64,000 bases of DNA from assembly GCA_963736435.1 (NCBI GenBank), contig CAVTOV010000004.1, positions 133,200-197,199 of the forward strand. The letters run 5' to 3'. The translations under genes were made by a program, and so were the position numbers. The stretch is from an uncultured Alphaproteobacteria bacterium. GTDB taxonomy: Bacteria > Pseudomonadota > Alphaproteobacteria > Rhizobiales > Xanthobacteraceae. This document shows, piece by piece, positions 15,936-26,257 of this stretch. The number at the start of each line of letters is the position of its first letter. Within the stretch, counting starts at the first letter, position 1. Under the pieces are notes generated by a model, which worked only from the letters and a program-made list of their open reading frames with translations, was not told the DNA's origin and did no database searches.

Positions 15936-17324
15936 ATGTCTCCGCTCAGCAATCTCGCAGCGCGCGACGTCGAAACGCTGGTCCACCCCTACATCAATCT
16001 CGCGAGCTTTCGCGAGACCGGTCCGCTCATCATCGAGCGCGCCAAGGGCGTGTATGTCTACGATACCGACGGCAAGCCCTATATCGAAGGCATGGCCGGG
16101 CTGTGGTGCACCGCGCTCGGTTACGGCAACGAGGAATTGGTCGAAGCCGCAATGGCACAAATGCGCAAGCTCTCGTTTGCTCATTTGTTCACCGGGCGCA
16201 GCCACGATCCGGCGATCGAGCTTGCGGAGAAGCTCAAAGAGATCGCGCCGGTGCCGATCTCGAAAGTGTTCTTTTGTAATTCCGGATCGGAGGCGAACGA
16301 CACCCAGGTCAAGCTTGTCTGGTATCTCAACAACGCGCTCGGCAGGCCAAACAAGAAAAAGATCATCAGCCGGACCAAGGCCTATCACGGCGTCACCATC
16401 GTCGCGGCTTCGCTGACCGGCTTACCCGGCAATCATCGCGACTTCGACCTGCCGCTGCCGGGCTTTCTGCACACCGCCTGTCCGCATCATTACCGTTTCG
16501 CGCAGGATGGCGAGACCGAGGAGGAATTCGCCAGCCGATTGGCCGAAGAGCTCGATGCGCTGATCGTCAAGGAAGGCCCCGACACGATCGCTGCCTTCAT
16601 CGCCGAGCCGGTGATGGGCGCCGGCGGCGTGATCGTGCCGCCGAAGACCTATTTCGAAAAAATCATGCCGGTTTGTGCCAAGCATGATGTTTTCATGATC
16701 AGCGACGAAGTGATCTGCGGCTTTGGCCGGATCGGCACCACATTCGGCTGCGAGAAGCTCAATTTCGCTCCGCATTCCATCTCGGTTGCCAAGGCTTTGT
16801 CGTCGGCCTACCTGCCGATCGCCGGCGTCATGATTCCCGAGTCGATGTATCAGGCGCTTCTCGTCGAAAGCAAAAAGATCGGCGTGTTCGGCCACGGTTT
16901 CACCTATGGCGGCCATCCGGTCGCTGCCGCGGTCGCGCTGAAGGCGATCGAGATCTATGCCCGCGACCGCATCGTTGAAAAAGCCGCGGAGCGGGGCACG
17001 CAATTCCAGGCCCGGCTCAAGGCGCTCGGCGAGCACCCCCTGGTCGGCGAAGCTCGCGGGCTCGGTCTGATCGGCGGACTGGAACTCGTCGCTGACAAGA
17101 AAACCAAACGTGCCTTCGACCCTGCGCATGGCGTTGCAGCGCGTGCGGTGAAATTCGGCGAAGCCGAAGGCCTGATCGTGCGGGCAGTGATGGGCGACGT
17201 TCTCACACTGTCGCCGCCGCTCATTATCAGCGCGGCGGAAGTCGATGATCTGTTCGACCGGCTGTCACGTGCACTCGATAACACCCTCGATTGGGTGACC
17301 CGCGAGCGGATTGCGCATTCGTGA
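15936..17324 (+). CDS. class-III (omega) aminotransferase, aspartate aminotransferase family
   Basis: 462 aa with ..CNSGSEANDT.., ..AAFIAEPVMGAGGVIVPP.., ..SDEVICGFGRIGTTFG.. and ..GFTYGGHPVAAA.. Confidence 0.9.
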   Translation: MSPLSNLAARDVETLVHPYINLASFRETGPLIIERAKGVYVYDTDGKPYIEGMAGLWCTALGYGNEELVEAAMAQMRKLSFAHLFTGRSHDPAIELAEKLKEIAPVPISKVFFCNSGSEANDTQVKLVWYLNNALGRPNKKKIISRTKAYHGVTIVAASLTGLPGNHRDFDLPLPGFLHTACPHHYRFAQDGETEEEFASRLAEELDALIVKEGPDTIAAFIAEPVMGAGGVIVPPKTYFEKIMPVCAKHDVFMISDEVICGFGRIGTTFGCEKLNFAPHSISVAKALSSAYLPIAGVMIPESMYQALLVESKKIGVFGHGFTYGGHPVAAAVALKAIEIYARDRIVEKAAERGTQFQARLKALGEHPLVGEARGLGLIGGLELVADKKTKRAFDPAHGVAARAVKFGEAEGLIVRAVMGDVLTLSPPLIISAAEVDDLFDRLSRALDNTLDWVTRERIAHS

Positions 17325-17389
17325 AGCACGAACAAGAGAATTCCGCCAACCATGAACACTCGATTCACTACTCGTGGCTATGAGACACT

Positions 17390-18316
17390 GTGGAATTAAT
17401 ATCGAAAAAAGCGCATAGCCGACCGGCCGGGTCTGCTGCGGAACCGCGGCTGACGCGCCGTCGCCTTCTCGCCGCCGGTGCCGGCGTCGTTGGGCTATCG
17501 GCGACCGCGACCGCCGCCTATGCCGCCGCGATCGAGCCGCTCGGCCTTAAGGTCACGCCCTATGCGCTGACCCCGCCGGGCTGGCCCGCCGGCCACAAGC
17601 TCACGGTGACGGTGATTGCCGACCTGCATGCCGGCGGCCCGGACATGTTGCTTCCGCATATTCGGGAAGTCATCGACACCGCAAATTCATTGCACTCCGA
17701 TCTCATCGTGCTGCTCGGCGATTTCAAGGCATGGTACAAATTCAAGACCGAGCCGGTCGCGGATCCGGATTGGGCCGCCGAACTGGCACGCCTCCGGGCT
17801 CCGCTCGGCACCTGGGCCATCCTCGGCAATCACGACTGGTGGCACGACCTTGATGGCGTGCGTAGCGCGCTCGCGGCCGTGCACATACCGCTTCTGGAAA
17901 ACGACGTCGTGCTGATCGGCGAAACCGGCCAGCGCTTGTGGCTCGCCGGCCTCGGCGATCAGCTCGCGCATTGGGTTGCCCCGGGCCGCTTTCAGGGCGT
18001 CGACGATCTGCCGGGCACGATGGCCAAGATAAACACCGACGACCCGGTACTTTTGCTGGCGCACGAGCCGGACATTTTTCCCAAAGTGCCGCAACGCGTC
18101 GCGCTCACGCTCGCCGGCCATACCCATGGCGGCCAGATTCGCGTGCCGTTCCTGTGGCGGCACTACGTGCCGTCGCGATACGGCGCCCGCTATGCCTACG
18201 GCCATGTGATCGAGGACGACCGGCACTTGATCGTTTCAGGCGGCCTCGGCACCAGCATCATCCCGGCGCGGCTCGGCGTGCCGCCGGAAATCGTGCACAT
18301 CACACTCGGCGCATAA
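17390..18316 (+). CDS. metallophosphoesterase with a Tat-type signal
   Basis: 308 aa from a GTG start, with RRRLLAAGAGVVG, then the motifs IADLHAG, LGDF, GNHDWW and GHTHGGQ. Confidence 0.8.
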   Translation: MELISKKAHSRPAGSAAEPRLTRRRLLAAGAGVVGLSATATAAYAAAIEPLGLKVTPYALTPPGWPAGHKLTVTVIADLHAGGPDMLLPHIREVIDTANSLHSDLIVLLGDFKAWYKFKTEPVADPDWAAELARLRAPLGTWAILGNHDWWHDLDGVRSALAAVHIPLLENDVVLIGETGQRLWLAGLGDQLAHWVAPGRFQGVDDLPGTMAKINTDDPVLLLAHEPDIFPKVPQRVALTLAGHTHGGQIRVPFLWRHYVPSRYGARYAYGHVIEDDRHLIVSGGLGTSIIPARLGVPPEIVHITLGA

Positions 18317-18331
18317 AAGCACGCGGCGCAT

Positions 18332-18363
18332 AAAAAAAAACGGCGCCGGCCAGGCCGGCGCCG
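18332..18363 (-). terminator. rho-independent terminator downstream of the L,D-transpeptidase gene
   Basis: GGCGCCGGCC-a-GGCCGGCGCC, a perfect 10-bp palindrome, preceded on the plus strand by A9. That is a U-run on the minus-strand transcript. Confidence 0.65.
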
Positions 18364-18389
18364 CACACCCCCCGTGGAATTCCAAAAGC

Positions 18390-19067
18390 TCAGTACGGCT
18401 TCACTTGCACCGCGTCGCCCGAGGCTACCTTAGAAGTGCCTTGCTGCGTCGGTTGTAGCACCACGACGATCGTGCCGACCTTAACGCGGCTGTAGAGATC
18501 GATCGCGTCTTCGTTGGTCATGCGGATGCACCCGGAGGAGATCGCCTGACCGATATATTCCGGCTGGTTGGTGCCGTGAATGCGATACAGCGTGTCCTTG
18601 TTGCCGGAATAGAGATACATGCCGCGCGCGCCCATCGGATTATGCGGGCCGCCGGTGACGAAAGCCGGCAACGGTCCGAGGCGCTCCTGTTCGCCGGGCG
18701 TCGGTACCCAGGCCGGCCATTCCGCCATACGGCCAATTTTGGCGATACCGCTCCAAACCTGGGCTTCTTCGCCGACGGCGATACCGTAACGGATCGCCTG
18801 TCCCTTCGGCAGTACGTAGTAGAGGTATTTGTTGTCGCTATCGACGACGACCGTGCCCGGGGCTTCTTTGCGGTCGTAGTCGACGATGTGCCGCTTGAAC
18901 TGCTCCGGAATGGCGGCCTGCGCGTATGGCAGGTTCGACATCAGCTGTTTGTCGCGGGAATTCCAGCCGGCCTGTGACGACGGCTCGATTGTCTCCTGCA
19001 TGCAGCCACCAAGGGCCACCGCAAGTGCCAAGCCGATGATCGATAATGCAATTTTACGCGTGCTCAT
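18390..19067 (-). CDS. L,D-transpeptidase (YkuD domain) lipoprotein
   Basis: Catalytic motif HGTNQPEYIGQAISSGCIRMTNEDAIDLY. The preferred start is MSTRKIALSIIGLALAVALGGC (lipobox) at 19067; the ORF track extends to 19127. Confidence 0.85.
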   Translation of the reverse strand: MSTRKIALSIIGLALAVALGGCMQETIEPSSQAGWNSRDKQLMSNLPYAQAAIPEQFKRHIVDYDRKEAPGTVVVDSDNKYLYYVLPKGQAIRYGIAVGEEAQVWSGIAKIGRMAEWPAWVPTPGEQERLGPLPAFVTGGPHNPMGARGMYLYSGNKDTLYRIHGTNQPEYIGQAISSGCIRMTNEDAIDLYSRVKVGTIVVVLQPTQQGTSKVASGDAVQVKPY

Positions 19068-19435
19068 AAGCTGCCTACTGTTCCGTCCGCCCGCGCCGCC
19101 CCGGCCGAGGAATGTCGTGAATCCCAATAGCCCAAACGGTAGCGCCGATGCCAGTCAGTTAGCGGCTTCGGCCGTACGGTCCTGGCCGAGTGTTGCAGGA
19201 ATGCCGCAGTGTTCCACTTCACCGTGGAAAACTTCGGCGTTATCCGACCAGCAGCTCCGATCGCCCAGTATCCACCTCGGAGATTAAGCAAGGGTTTACC
19301 ACTACCAGGGTACTTGGCCGCTCGATTAAGCTGCAGCCGCAAATGTCACGGCGACGCGCGATTTGCCGCCCATTTCCGCCGCACTCATCGCTCACAAGTT
19401 GTTCACTGCTTACAACCAACGGGAACGGGTTGAAA

Positions 19436-19633
19436 ATGCACGAAGTAACTGAGGAAACGGCCGGCAAGACGAAAGAAACTGCCGCGCAAAGCGGCGAGCT
19501 CGCTCAGCGTTACCGCCAAATCGGCATTTCGGCAGTAGCCGCGGCCGCGCGCTATCATGAGGGAGCGGCCAAGAATCCGGCCTATGCGCCGGGTCAGGTC
19601 AATTGGGGCAATCGCCCTGGCGAGGCCGCTTAA
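19436..19633 (+). CDS. 65-aa hypothetical protein
   Basis: Internal ATG of ORF 19190..19633. Sequence: MHEVTEETAGKTKETAAQSGELAQRYRQIGISAVAAAARYHEGAAKNPAYAPGQVNWGNRPGEAA. A strong terminator follows. No family was recognised. Confidence 0.4.
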   Translation: MHEVTEETAGKTKETAAQSGELAQRYRQIGISAVAAAARYHEGAAKNPAYAPGQVNWGNRPGEAA

Positions 19634-19674
19634 GCTGATTGTCCTGCACGATTACGGCTACGGCTGATAAGACC

Positions 19675-19702
19675 AAGGGGGACGGCACGCGTCCCCCTTT
19701 TT
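19675..19702 (+). terminator. rho-independent terminator
   Basis: GGGGGACG-gcacg-CGTCCCCC followed by TTTTT. Confidence 0.7.
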
Positions 19703-19733
19703 CATTTGGATCTACACAATTCGGGACGCCGGC

Positions 19734-20093
19734 TCAGGGACTTGCGGCGATCTCCGTCGCCTCGTCGCGCGTCAGCCAGACTTCGGTCGCGGCCAAGGCC
19801 ATGACGATGACCCCGATCGCGACATCGATGGTCATGGCGGTGCTGTTCTGGAAACCAAGGAGCCACGGCGATCCCACTAGGGCGAGGCCGGCAACCAGAA
19901 TGAACCATTCCTCCCAAACCGCGAATGCGGCGATTGCCGCAATCGACAGCACGGCGATGAAAATTCCTGCGATAGAGGCGGTTTGCCACTGCGCGCCGGT
20001 GGACAAGTCGAACAGCCAAGGCGAGAAGAAGAGCACGCCGCTGAGCATGAGGTTGACCACGTCGCAAAGCCGCACATTCGACCAGTCGTCCAT
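19734..20093 (-). CDS. SPW-repeat membrane protein
   Basis: MDDWSNVRLCDVVNLMLSGVLFFSPWLF....LVGSPWLLGF, with two SPW motifs and four TM segments. Start chosen at the Met at 20093; the ORF track extends to 20132. Confidence 0.7.
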   Translation of the reverse strand: MDDWSNVRLCDVVNLMLSGVLFFSPWLFDLSTGAQWQTASIAGIFIAVLSIAAIAAFAVWEEWFILVAGLALVGSPWLLGFQNSTAMTIDVAIGVIVMALAATEVWLTRDEATEIAASP

Positions 20094-20185
20094 GATGTCC
20101 TCCAAACCCGATCGCCGGACCGGCACACTCACCTCGGCGACACAGTAACCGTACGTCTTTCGTTTGGTTCCAGGCAGACGACGTC

Positions 20186-20854
20186 TTGCAAGGCATTGGT
20201 ACTAAAAAAATGGATGACTTCAGCAATTCCGAGATCGAAGCCGGCCGCCGTTTGTTTGCCGGCGATTGGGACTTCCTGTCGGCCGCCAGCACGCTCGAAT
20301 CGTTGCCGCCGATGAGTGGACCCGAAATCGCCTTCGCCGGGCGCTCGAATGTCGGCAAATCGTCGCTGATCAATGCGCTGACCGGACGGCGCGCGCTGGC
20401 GCGAACGTCCAATACGCCGGGCCGCACCCAGGAATTGATCTTCTTCGGCGGCGCACACGGGCTCACGCTGGTCGATATGCCGGGTTACGGCTATGCCGCC
20501 GCGGCAAAAAGCAAAATCGTCTCCTGGACCCGGCTCATTCACGATTACCTGCACGGGCGCGCCACGCTCGCCCGCGTCTATGTCCTGGTCGACGCGCGCC
20601 ACGGCCTCAAACCGCCGGACGACACCATCCTCGATACGCTCGGCAAAGCCGCCGTCAGCCATCAAATCGTGCTGACAAAATGCGATCAGATCGACGACGC
20701 GGCGCTTGCCGAACGGATCGGCGCGATCAAGGCGGCAACACGCAAACGGCCAGCTACCTTTCCCGATCTGGTCGCAACCTCGGCACGCAGCGGCGCCGGC
20801 ATGGAGACCTTGCGCGCCGCCATCGCGCGGCTCCTCGCCGAGCGGGCGCCTTGA
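20186..20854 (+). CDS. engB: ribosome biogenesis GTP-binding protein YihA/YsxC
   Basis: G1 motif FAGRSNVGKSSLINALTG, then TPGRTQ, DMPGYGYA and TKCD. The start could also be the Met at 20210. Confidence 0.9.
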   Translation: MQGIGTKKMDDFSNSEIEAGRRLFAGDWDFLSAASTLESLPPMSGPEIAFAGRSNVGKSSLINALTGRRALARTSNTPGRTQELIFFGGAHGLTLVDMPGYGYAAAAKSKIVSWTRLIHDYLHGRATLARVYVLVDARHGLKPPDDTILDTLGKAAVSHQIVLTKCDQIDDAALAERIGAIKAATRKRPATFPDLVATSARSGAGMETLRAAIARLLAERAP

Positions 20855-20927
20855 AGGCTTTGCGGCATTGTCGTTAGGCCGTCACACCGCTAGATAGACT
20901 TCGCCGATTGCCGGGAAATCAGAGCCA

Positions 20928-21824
20928 ATGAGCACGACCGACCCCGTAAGCCCCGAGGTGAAGGCCCGCATCCTCGCCGAAGCCCTGCCCTATATGCAGC
21001 GCTACGACGAAGAGATCGTCGTCGTGAAATACGGCGGCCATGCCATGGGCGCGGAGAATCTGGCGCGCGAGTTCGCCCGCGACATCGTGCTGCTCGAACA
21101 GACCGCTATTAATCCCGTGGTTGTGCATGGCGGCGGCCCCCAGATCGAAGCCATGCTCAAGCAACTCGGCGTGCAGTCGCAATACGCCGCCGGACTGCGC
21201 ATCACCGATGCCAAGACGCTCGAAATCGTGGAAATGGTCCTGGCCGGCTCCATCAATAAAAACATGGTCGGCTATATCAACGAGGCCGGCGGCAAAGCGA
21301 TCGGCTTGTGCGGCAAGGACGGCAATATGGTCGTGGCGCGCAAGCTGACGCGCACCGTGATCGACCCGGATTCCGCACTCGAGAAAGTGGTCGATCTCGG
21401 CTTTGTCGGCGAACCGGACAAGGTCGATACCACCGTGCTCGATCAGGTGCTCGGCCGCGAATTGATCCCGGTGCTGGCACCGGTCGCTGCCGCGGTGAAC
21501 GGCGGCACGTTCAACGTCAACGCCGATACCTTCGCCGGCGCCATCGCCGGCGCGCTCAAAGCCAAACGGCTGTTGTTGCTGACCGACGTGCCGGGCGTGC
21601 TCGATAAATCGAAAAACCTGATCAAGGAATTATCGGTCGACGATGCCCGCCGGCTTATCGCCGACGGCACCATCTCGGGCGGCATGATTCCGAAAGTCGA
21701 GACCTGCATCGAGGCGCTCGAGCGAGGCGTTGAGGGCGTCGTGATCTTGAACGGCAAGGTGCCGCACGCGGTGCTGCTCGAATTGTTCACTGAACTCGGC
21801 GCCGGCACGCTCATTCACAGCTAG
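20928..21824 (+). CDS. argB: acetylglutamate kinase
   Basis: 298 aa with ..[41 protein letters not shown].. Confidence 0.95.
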   Translation: MSTTDPVSPEVKARILAEALPYMQRYDEEIVVVKYGGHAMGAENLAREFARDIVLLEQTAINPVVVHGGGPQIEAMLKQLGVQSQYAAGLRITDAKTLEIVEMVLAGSINKNMVGYINEAGGKAIGLCGKDGNMVVARKLTRTVIDPDSALEKVVDLGFVGEPDKVDTTVLDQVLGRELIPVLAPVAAAVNGGTFNVNADTFAGAIAGALKAKRLLLLTDVPGVLDKSKNLIKELSVDDARRLIADGTISGGMIPKVETCIEALERGVEGVVILNGKVPHAVLLELFTELGAGTLIHS

Positions 21825-21841
21825 CCCGCAAAGTTAGCGAC

Positions 21842-22699
21842 GTGAACTCGCATAAGACTTATCCACTGGCGCCAGGCATTTTCGCAGGTGCGGCGCTCGG
21901 CGTATCCGATGTGCTGACGAAGATCACGATCAGCTCCGGCGCCGACGTGCTCACGGTGTTGTCGTTTCGCAGCCTCGTCGGCATCGCTTTCGTCGCCTCG
22001 TGGTTATGCTTCGGACCAAAACCAAAGGCCGATCGCCGCGTGCGCCTGATTTCTCTCGGCGTCGGCGTCCTGTTCTCCATCCTTATTTTCTGTTTTTTCA
22101 AAGCGATCGAAGCGATCGACGTTTCTACCGCAGTGCTGTCGTACTTTACCTATCCGCTGTTGACCGGCCTCGCCGCCTCGATCTTCGGTCTTGAACCAAT
22201 CCGCTTGAAGGGCCTGCTGTGTGCCGTTGCCGCGTTCTGCGGCTTGGCGATCATGCTCGGCGCCCATCCGGCCGGGCTCGCCTTCGCCGGCGTCGCCTAT
22301 GCAATCGGCGCCGGCTGTTGCCGCACCGGAGTGCTGCTCATCACGCGCGCTTATCTGGTCGGCGCCGACGCCCGTCTGACGACCTGGTATTCGATGCTGT
22401 CATCGACCGCCATATTCATTGCCGCATCCCTCGAACAGCAGAATTGGCACGCGCCGCAAACGGGTGTCGGCTGGATATCTCTGGTGGTGATGAGTCTCTC
22501 CTCAACAGCATCGATCCTATTCATCTTTGTATCGACACTTCGCGTGGGGCCGTTCCGTACCGCACTGGCCATGAATCTCGAACCATTGTTCGCGACTCTT
22601 CTCAGCGTACTGCTGCTCGGCCAGGTGATCACCCCGATCCAGGGCCTCGGCAGCGCCATCATGTTGGCGGCACTGGTCGCCTTTCAATTGTGGCGCTAA
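21842..22699 (+). CDS. DMT superfamily (EamA-like) transporter
   Basis: 285 aa from a GTG start, with about 10 TM segments and two EamA-like halves. Confidence 0.75.
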   Translation: MNSHKTYPLAPGIFAGAALGVSDVLTKITISSGADVLTVLSFRSLVGIAFVASWLCFGPKPKADRRVRLISLGVGVLFSILIFCFFKAIEAIDVSTAVLSYFTYPLLTGLAASIFGLEPIRLKGLLCAVAAFCGLAIMLGAHPAGLAFAGVAYAIGAGCCRTGVLLITRAYLVGADARLTTWYSMLSSTAIFIAASLEQQNWHAPQTGVGWISLVVMSLSSTASILFIFVSTLRVGPFRTALAMNLEPLFATLLSVLLLGQVITPIQGLGSAIMLAALVAFQLWR

Positions 22700-22776
22700 C
22701 GTTAAGCGACTCTAGAATTCGAATGATTCGCGTCGTGCCGTAAAAAAATCGGACGCGAACACCCGGGAGGAAATCG

Positions 22777-23889
22777 ATGGATAATTCGCTTAACGCGTCA
22801 TCGCTGCGTTGCGACGACCCGGACCAATCAAATCATATCGGCTGCGGCTGCAAAACGTCGCGCCGGCAATTCCTCGCCGGTGCTGCGACGCTCGGCGCCG
22901 CGGCGGCGCTCGGCGGGGTGCGGCCGGGGCGCGCCGCGACAACCAAGCTGATCGACACCCACCATCATTTCTATCCGCCCGCTTACCAGAAGGCCTGGTC
23001 GGACTGGGAGGATCAGCGCAAAATCCCGCATTTCGGCACGCAGATGGCGTGGACGAAGGAGAGCGATATCGAGCAGATGGATAAGAACGGCATCACGACC
23101 AGCGTGCTGTCGCTCGCTTCCACGCCGGGCACTTGGTTTGGCGATGACGGCCAGGCGGCTCACGATATGGCGCGACAATGCTGCGATTACGCGGCCGACA
23201 TGTTGCGCGACAAGCCGGGGCGATATGGTCTGTTTGCGCCGCTGTCGATGATCGATATCGACGCCACGCTGAAGGAAATCGAATACGCCTTCGACACGCT
23301 CAAAGCCGACGGCGTCAACCTGCAAACCAATTACGGCGACAAGTGGCTCGGCAATCCGGTCTACAAACCCGTGATGGAAGAACTCAATCGCCGCAAAGCG
23401 GTGGTCTATGTACATCCGCTGGTCGCGAATTGCTGCGGCAATCTCAGCGTCGGCGCCTTTCCGGCAGTGATCGAGGTGCCGCACGATACGACGCGCACCG
23501 TCACGAGCCTTCTGCTGAGCGGCACTTTCGCCCGGTTGCGTGACATCAAATGGTTGTTCTCGCATGCCGGCGGCACCATTCCGATGCTCGCAGGACGCAT
23601 CGAGGCGTTTTACGAACCACGTGCCCACGGGCCTGACGGAATTGCGCCCGACGGCATCGAAGCCGAGTTTCGCCGACTCTATTACGATACAGCGAATGGG
23701 GCGCATCCTGCTTCGATGGCGGCGCTGATGAAGCTCGTGCCGTCATCGCAGATCAGCTACGGCACCGATTACCCGTATTTCCCGCTCGATCAGATCAACA
23801 ATTTGCGGGCGCTCAATCTTGCGACAGCAGATCTGACTGCCATAATGAGCGGCACTGCGGAACGGCTGATGCCCAGGCTAAGCGCCTAG
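22777..23889 (+). CDS. amidohydrolase family protein (amidohydrolase_2 / ACMSD-like) with a Tat signal
   Basis: [19 protein letters not shown], then [10 protein letters not shown].., ..VYVHP.., ..FSHAGG.. and ..YGTDYPY.. Confidence 0.8.
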   Translation: MDNSLNASSLRCDDPDQSNHIGCGCKTSRRQFLAGAATLGAAAALGGVRPGRAATTKLIDTHHHFYPPAYQKAWSDWEDQRKIPHFGTQMAWTKESDIEQMDKNGITTSVLSLASTPGTWFGDDGQAAHDMARQCCDYAADMLRDKPGRYGLFAPLSMIDIDATLKEIEYAFDTLKADGVNLQTNYGDKWLGNPVYKPVMEELNRRKAVVYVHPLVANCCGNLSVGAFPAVIEVPHDTTRTVTSLLLSGTFARLRDIKWLFSHAGGTIPMLAGRIEAFYEPRAHGPDGIAPDGIEAEFRRLYYDTANGAHPASMAALMKLVPSSQISYGTDYPYFPLDQINNLRALNLATADLTAIMSGTAERLMPRLSA

Positions 23890-24065
23890 TGCGTTCTCGC
23901 CGTTGAACTAGCCATTGTCACGCGGATGTCATGACCAACCCACGCCGCGGTCAATTGCAGTTGATTCAAATCGTAGCCGTATGCCACAAAGCAGGCCAAC
24001 TTTGCGCCGAAGCTCCGCTGGTCATTCATAAAACATGTCACCCACAACGCGGTAAGAACGGAACC

Positions 24066-24299
24066 ATGCGCGGGTTCCATAACAGTTCCTTCGATCCCCA
24101 AACGCTTGTCTTGCTCGAGGCAGCGTTCGATGAGGCGTGGCTGACGCTGAAAGCGATCGGCAATACCACGGTGAAACCGGACGAACTGGCCCGCTGCGTG
24201 CTGCGCCTTGCCGCGGAAGGTGAGCGCGATCCGGTCGCCTTGCACGATGGCGCACTTAAGGGTTTGATCCCGGCGACGGCATGGCGCGAAGCCGGCTGA
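24066..24299 (+). CDS. 77-aa hypothetical protein
   Basis: Internal Met of ORF 23931..24299: MRGFHNSSFDPQTLVLLEAAFDEAWLTLKAIGNTTVKPDELARCVLRLAAEGERDP.. It resembles small helical proteins common in Bradyrhizobiaceae; this comes from recollection only. Confidence 0.4.
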   Translation: MRGFHNSSFDPQTLVLLEAAFDEAWLTLKAIGNTTVKPDELARCVLRLAAEGERDPVALHDGALKGLIPATAWREAG

Positions 24300-24330
24300 G
24301 CAGCCGCCCTTGCGGACACTTCGCGCGCCG

Positions 24331-24468
24331 TTAAGAATGCGCGGCGAACACCGCGAAGCCGGCGACCATCACACCGAGCAGACCGCCGATCAGTAGCGCT
24401 ATCAAGAACGGAACGGATTTGCGCAATATCCGGCGCGTCGATCGCGGGCGAACGTCTTTCGGCGGCAT
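24331..24468 (-). CDS. possible 45-aa single-TM peptide
   Basis: Hand translation: MPPKDVRPRSTRRILRKSVPFLIALLIGGLLGVMVAGFAVFAAHS. It has a basic N-terminus and one TM helix. No clear RBS. Confidence 0.25.
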   Translation of the reverse strand: MPPKDVRPRSTRRILRKSVPFLIALLIGGLLGVMVAGFAVFAAHS

Positions 24469-24557
24469 ATGATCGTCTGGCAAAAACGCATTCCCCTCGT
24501 GGCGGATCGTGCTCTAAAAGTGATTCGCAAAGCATCCTAGCCCTGTCGCCGGAAACC

Positions 24558-25292
24558 ATGGCAATAACACGTCACAACGATATCCAACGCCCCGCCGCCG
24601 ATGCCGGCAAATCCGGCTTCAAGCACATCGAAACCTGGGTGTTCGATCTCGATAACACGCTCTACCCGCATCATCTCAATCTGTGGCAACAGGTTGACGA
24701 ACGCATCCGCGACTACATCGTCGGCTTCCTAAAGGTTTCGCGCGACGAAGCGTTCCGGGTGCAGAAAGACTATTATCGCCGCTATGGCACCAGCATGCGC
24801 GGTTTGATGGAGGAACACGGTCTGCAGCCGGATGAGTTTCTCGAGCTGGTGCACCAGATCGATCATTCGCCAATCGAGCCGAACCCCGCGCTTGGCGACG
24901 CCATCGCCAAGCTGCCGGGCCGTAAACTTATCCTCACTAACGGCACGCGCAGCCACGCGGACGCGGTCATGAAGCGGCTTGGTATCGGCCATCACTTCGA
25001 GGATGTGTTCGATATCAGGGCGGCGGAACTGGAGCCGAAACCGCGGCCGCAGGTTTATGAGCGCTTCCTCAAGCGTCATCGCGTCGACCCGGCGCGCGCG
25101 GCAATGTTCGAGGACCTTGCCCGTAATCTCGAAGTACCGCATGCACTCGGCATGACCACTGTGCTGGTCGTGCCCCAAGGCGCCCGCGTCGTACTGCGTG
25201 AGGATTGGGAACTCGCCGGCCGCGACGCACCCCATGTCGATCATGTCACCGACGATCTGAGCGGTTTTTTGTGCGGTGTTCTCGACGCATAA
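24558..25292 (+). CDS. HAD-family pyrimidine 5'-nucleotidase
   Basis: WVFDLDNTLYPH.., ..ILTNGTRSHA.. and ..MFEDLARNL.. Its position upstream of dapD is typical for alphaproteobacteria. Confidence 0.8.
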   Translation: MAITRHNDIQRPAADAGKSGFKHIETWVFDLDNTLYPHHLNLWQQVDERIRDYIVGFLKVSRDEAFRVQKDYYRRYGTSMRGLMEEHGLQPDEFLELVHQIDHSPIEPNPALGDAIAKLPGRKLILTNGTRSHADAVMKRLGIGHHFEDVFDIRAAELEPKPRPQVYERFLKRHRVDPARAAMFEDLARNLEVPHALGMTTVLVVPQGARVVLREDWELAGRDAPHVDHVTDDLSGFLCGVLDA

Positions 25293-25353
25293 TTGCGTTA
25301 CTTGACATCGCTACGGCCTAACCCGACAACCCCCCGCAATGGGGATAATTTCC

Positions 25354-26235
25354 ATGCCAACAACCGGTATTACCGATAAAGCCGCCGAAAGCTCCTTGCA
25401 GAGTCTGGCGAAAACCATCGATGCGGCCTTCGAGCGGCGCGACGAAGTCAGCCCCACGACCAAAGGCGAGGTGCGCGATGCGGTCGAGTACGCGCTCGAT
25501 CTGCTCGATCGCGGCGAAGCGCGGGTTGCCGAACGGGCTGCCGACCGCACCTGGCATGTCAATCAATGGCTGAAGAAAGCGGTGCTGCTGTCGTTTCGCC
25601 TCAACGACATGAGCCAAATTCCCGGCGGACCCGGTCATGCCGCATGGTGGGACAAAGTACCGTCCAAATTCGACCATTGGGATGACAAGCGTTTTCGCGA
25701 CGCCGGCTTCCGCGCCGTTCCCGGCTGCGTGGTGCGGCGCTCTGCTTACATCGCGCCGGGTGTGGTGCTGATGCCGTCTTTCGTCAATCTCGGCGCCTAT
25801 GTCGATCAAGGCACCATGGTCGACACCTGGGCGACTGTCGGCTCGTGCGCACAGATCGGCAAGAACTGCCACATCTCCGGCGGCGCCGGTATCGGCGGCG
25901 TGCTCGAGCCGCTGCAGGCCGGCCCGGTTATCATCGAGGATAATTGTTTCGTCGGCGCGCGATCCGAAGTTGCCGAGGGCGTCATCCTGCGCGAAGGTTC
26001 GGTGCTGTCGATGGGCGTGTTTCTCGGCGCCTCGACCAAGATCGTCGATCGCGATAGCGGCGAAACCATGCAGGGCGAGGTGCCGCCTTATTCGGTGGTC
26101 GTACCGGGCACGATCGCCGGCAAGCCGAACAAAAAGGGCGAGGCGACGCCCGGTCTTTATTGCGCCGTCATCGTCAAGCGCGTCGATGAAAAAACGCGCT
26201 CCAAGACCAGTATCAACGAACTGCTTCGCGATTGA
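25354..26235 (+). CDS. dapD: 2,3,4,5-tetrahydropyridine-2,6-dicarboxylate N-succinyltransferase
   Basis: Hexapeptide-repeat core ..[47 protein letters not shown].. The start at 25354 has a GGGGA upstream; the ORF track begins at 25339. Confidence 0.95.
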   Translation: MPTTGITDKAAESSLQSLAKTIDAAFERRDEVSPTTKGEVRDAVEYALDLLDRGEARVAERAADRTWHVNQWLKKAVLLSFRLNDMSQIPGGPGHAAWWDKVPSKFDHWDDKRFRDAGFRAVPGCVVRRSAYIAPGVVLMPSFVNLGAYVDQGTMVDTWATVGSCAQIGKNCHISGGAGIGGVLEPLQAGPVIIEDNCFVGARSEVAEGVILREGSVLSMGVFLGASTKIVDRDSGETMQGEVPPYSVVVPGTIAGKPNKKGEATPGLYCAVIVKRVDEKTRSKTSINELLRD

Positions 26236-26257
26236 AGCGAAAGCGGTAACATCGCCG

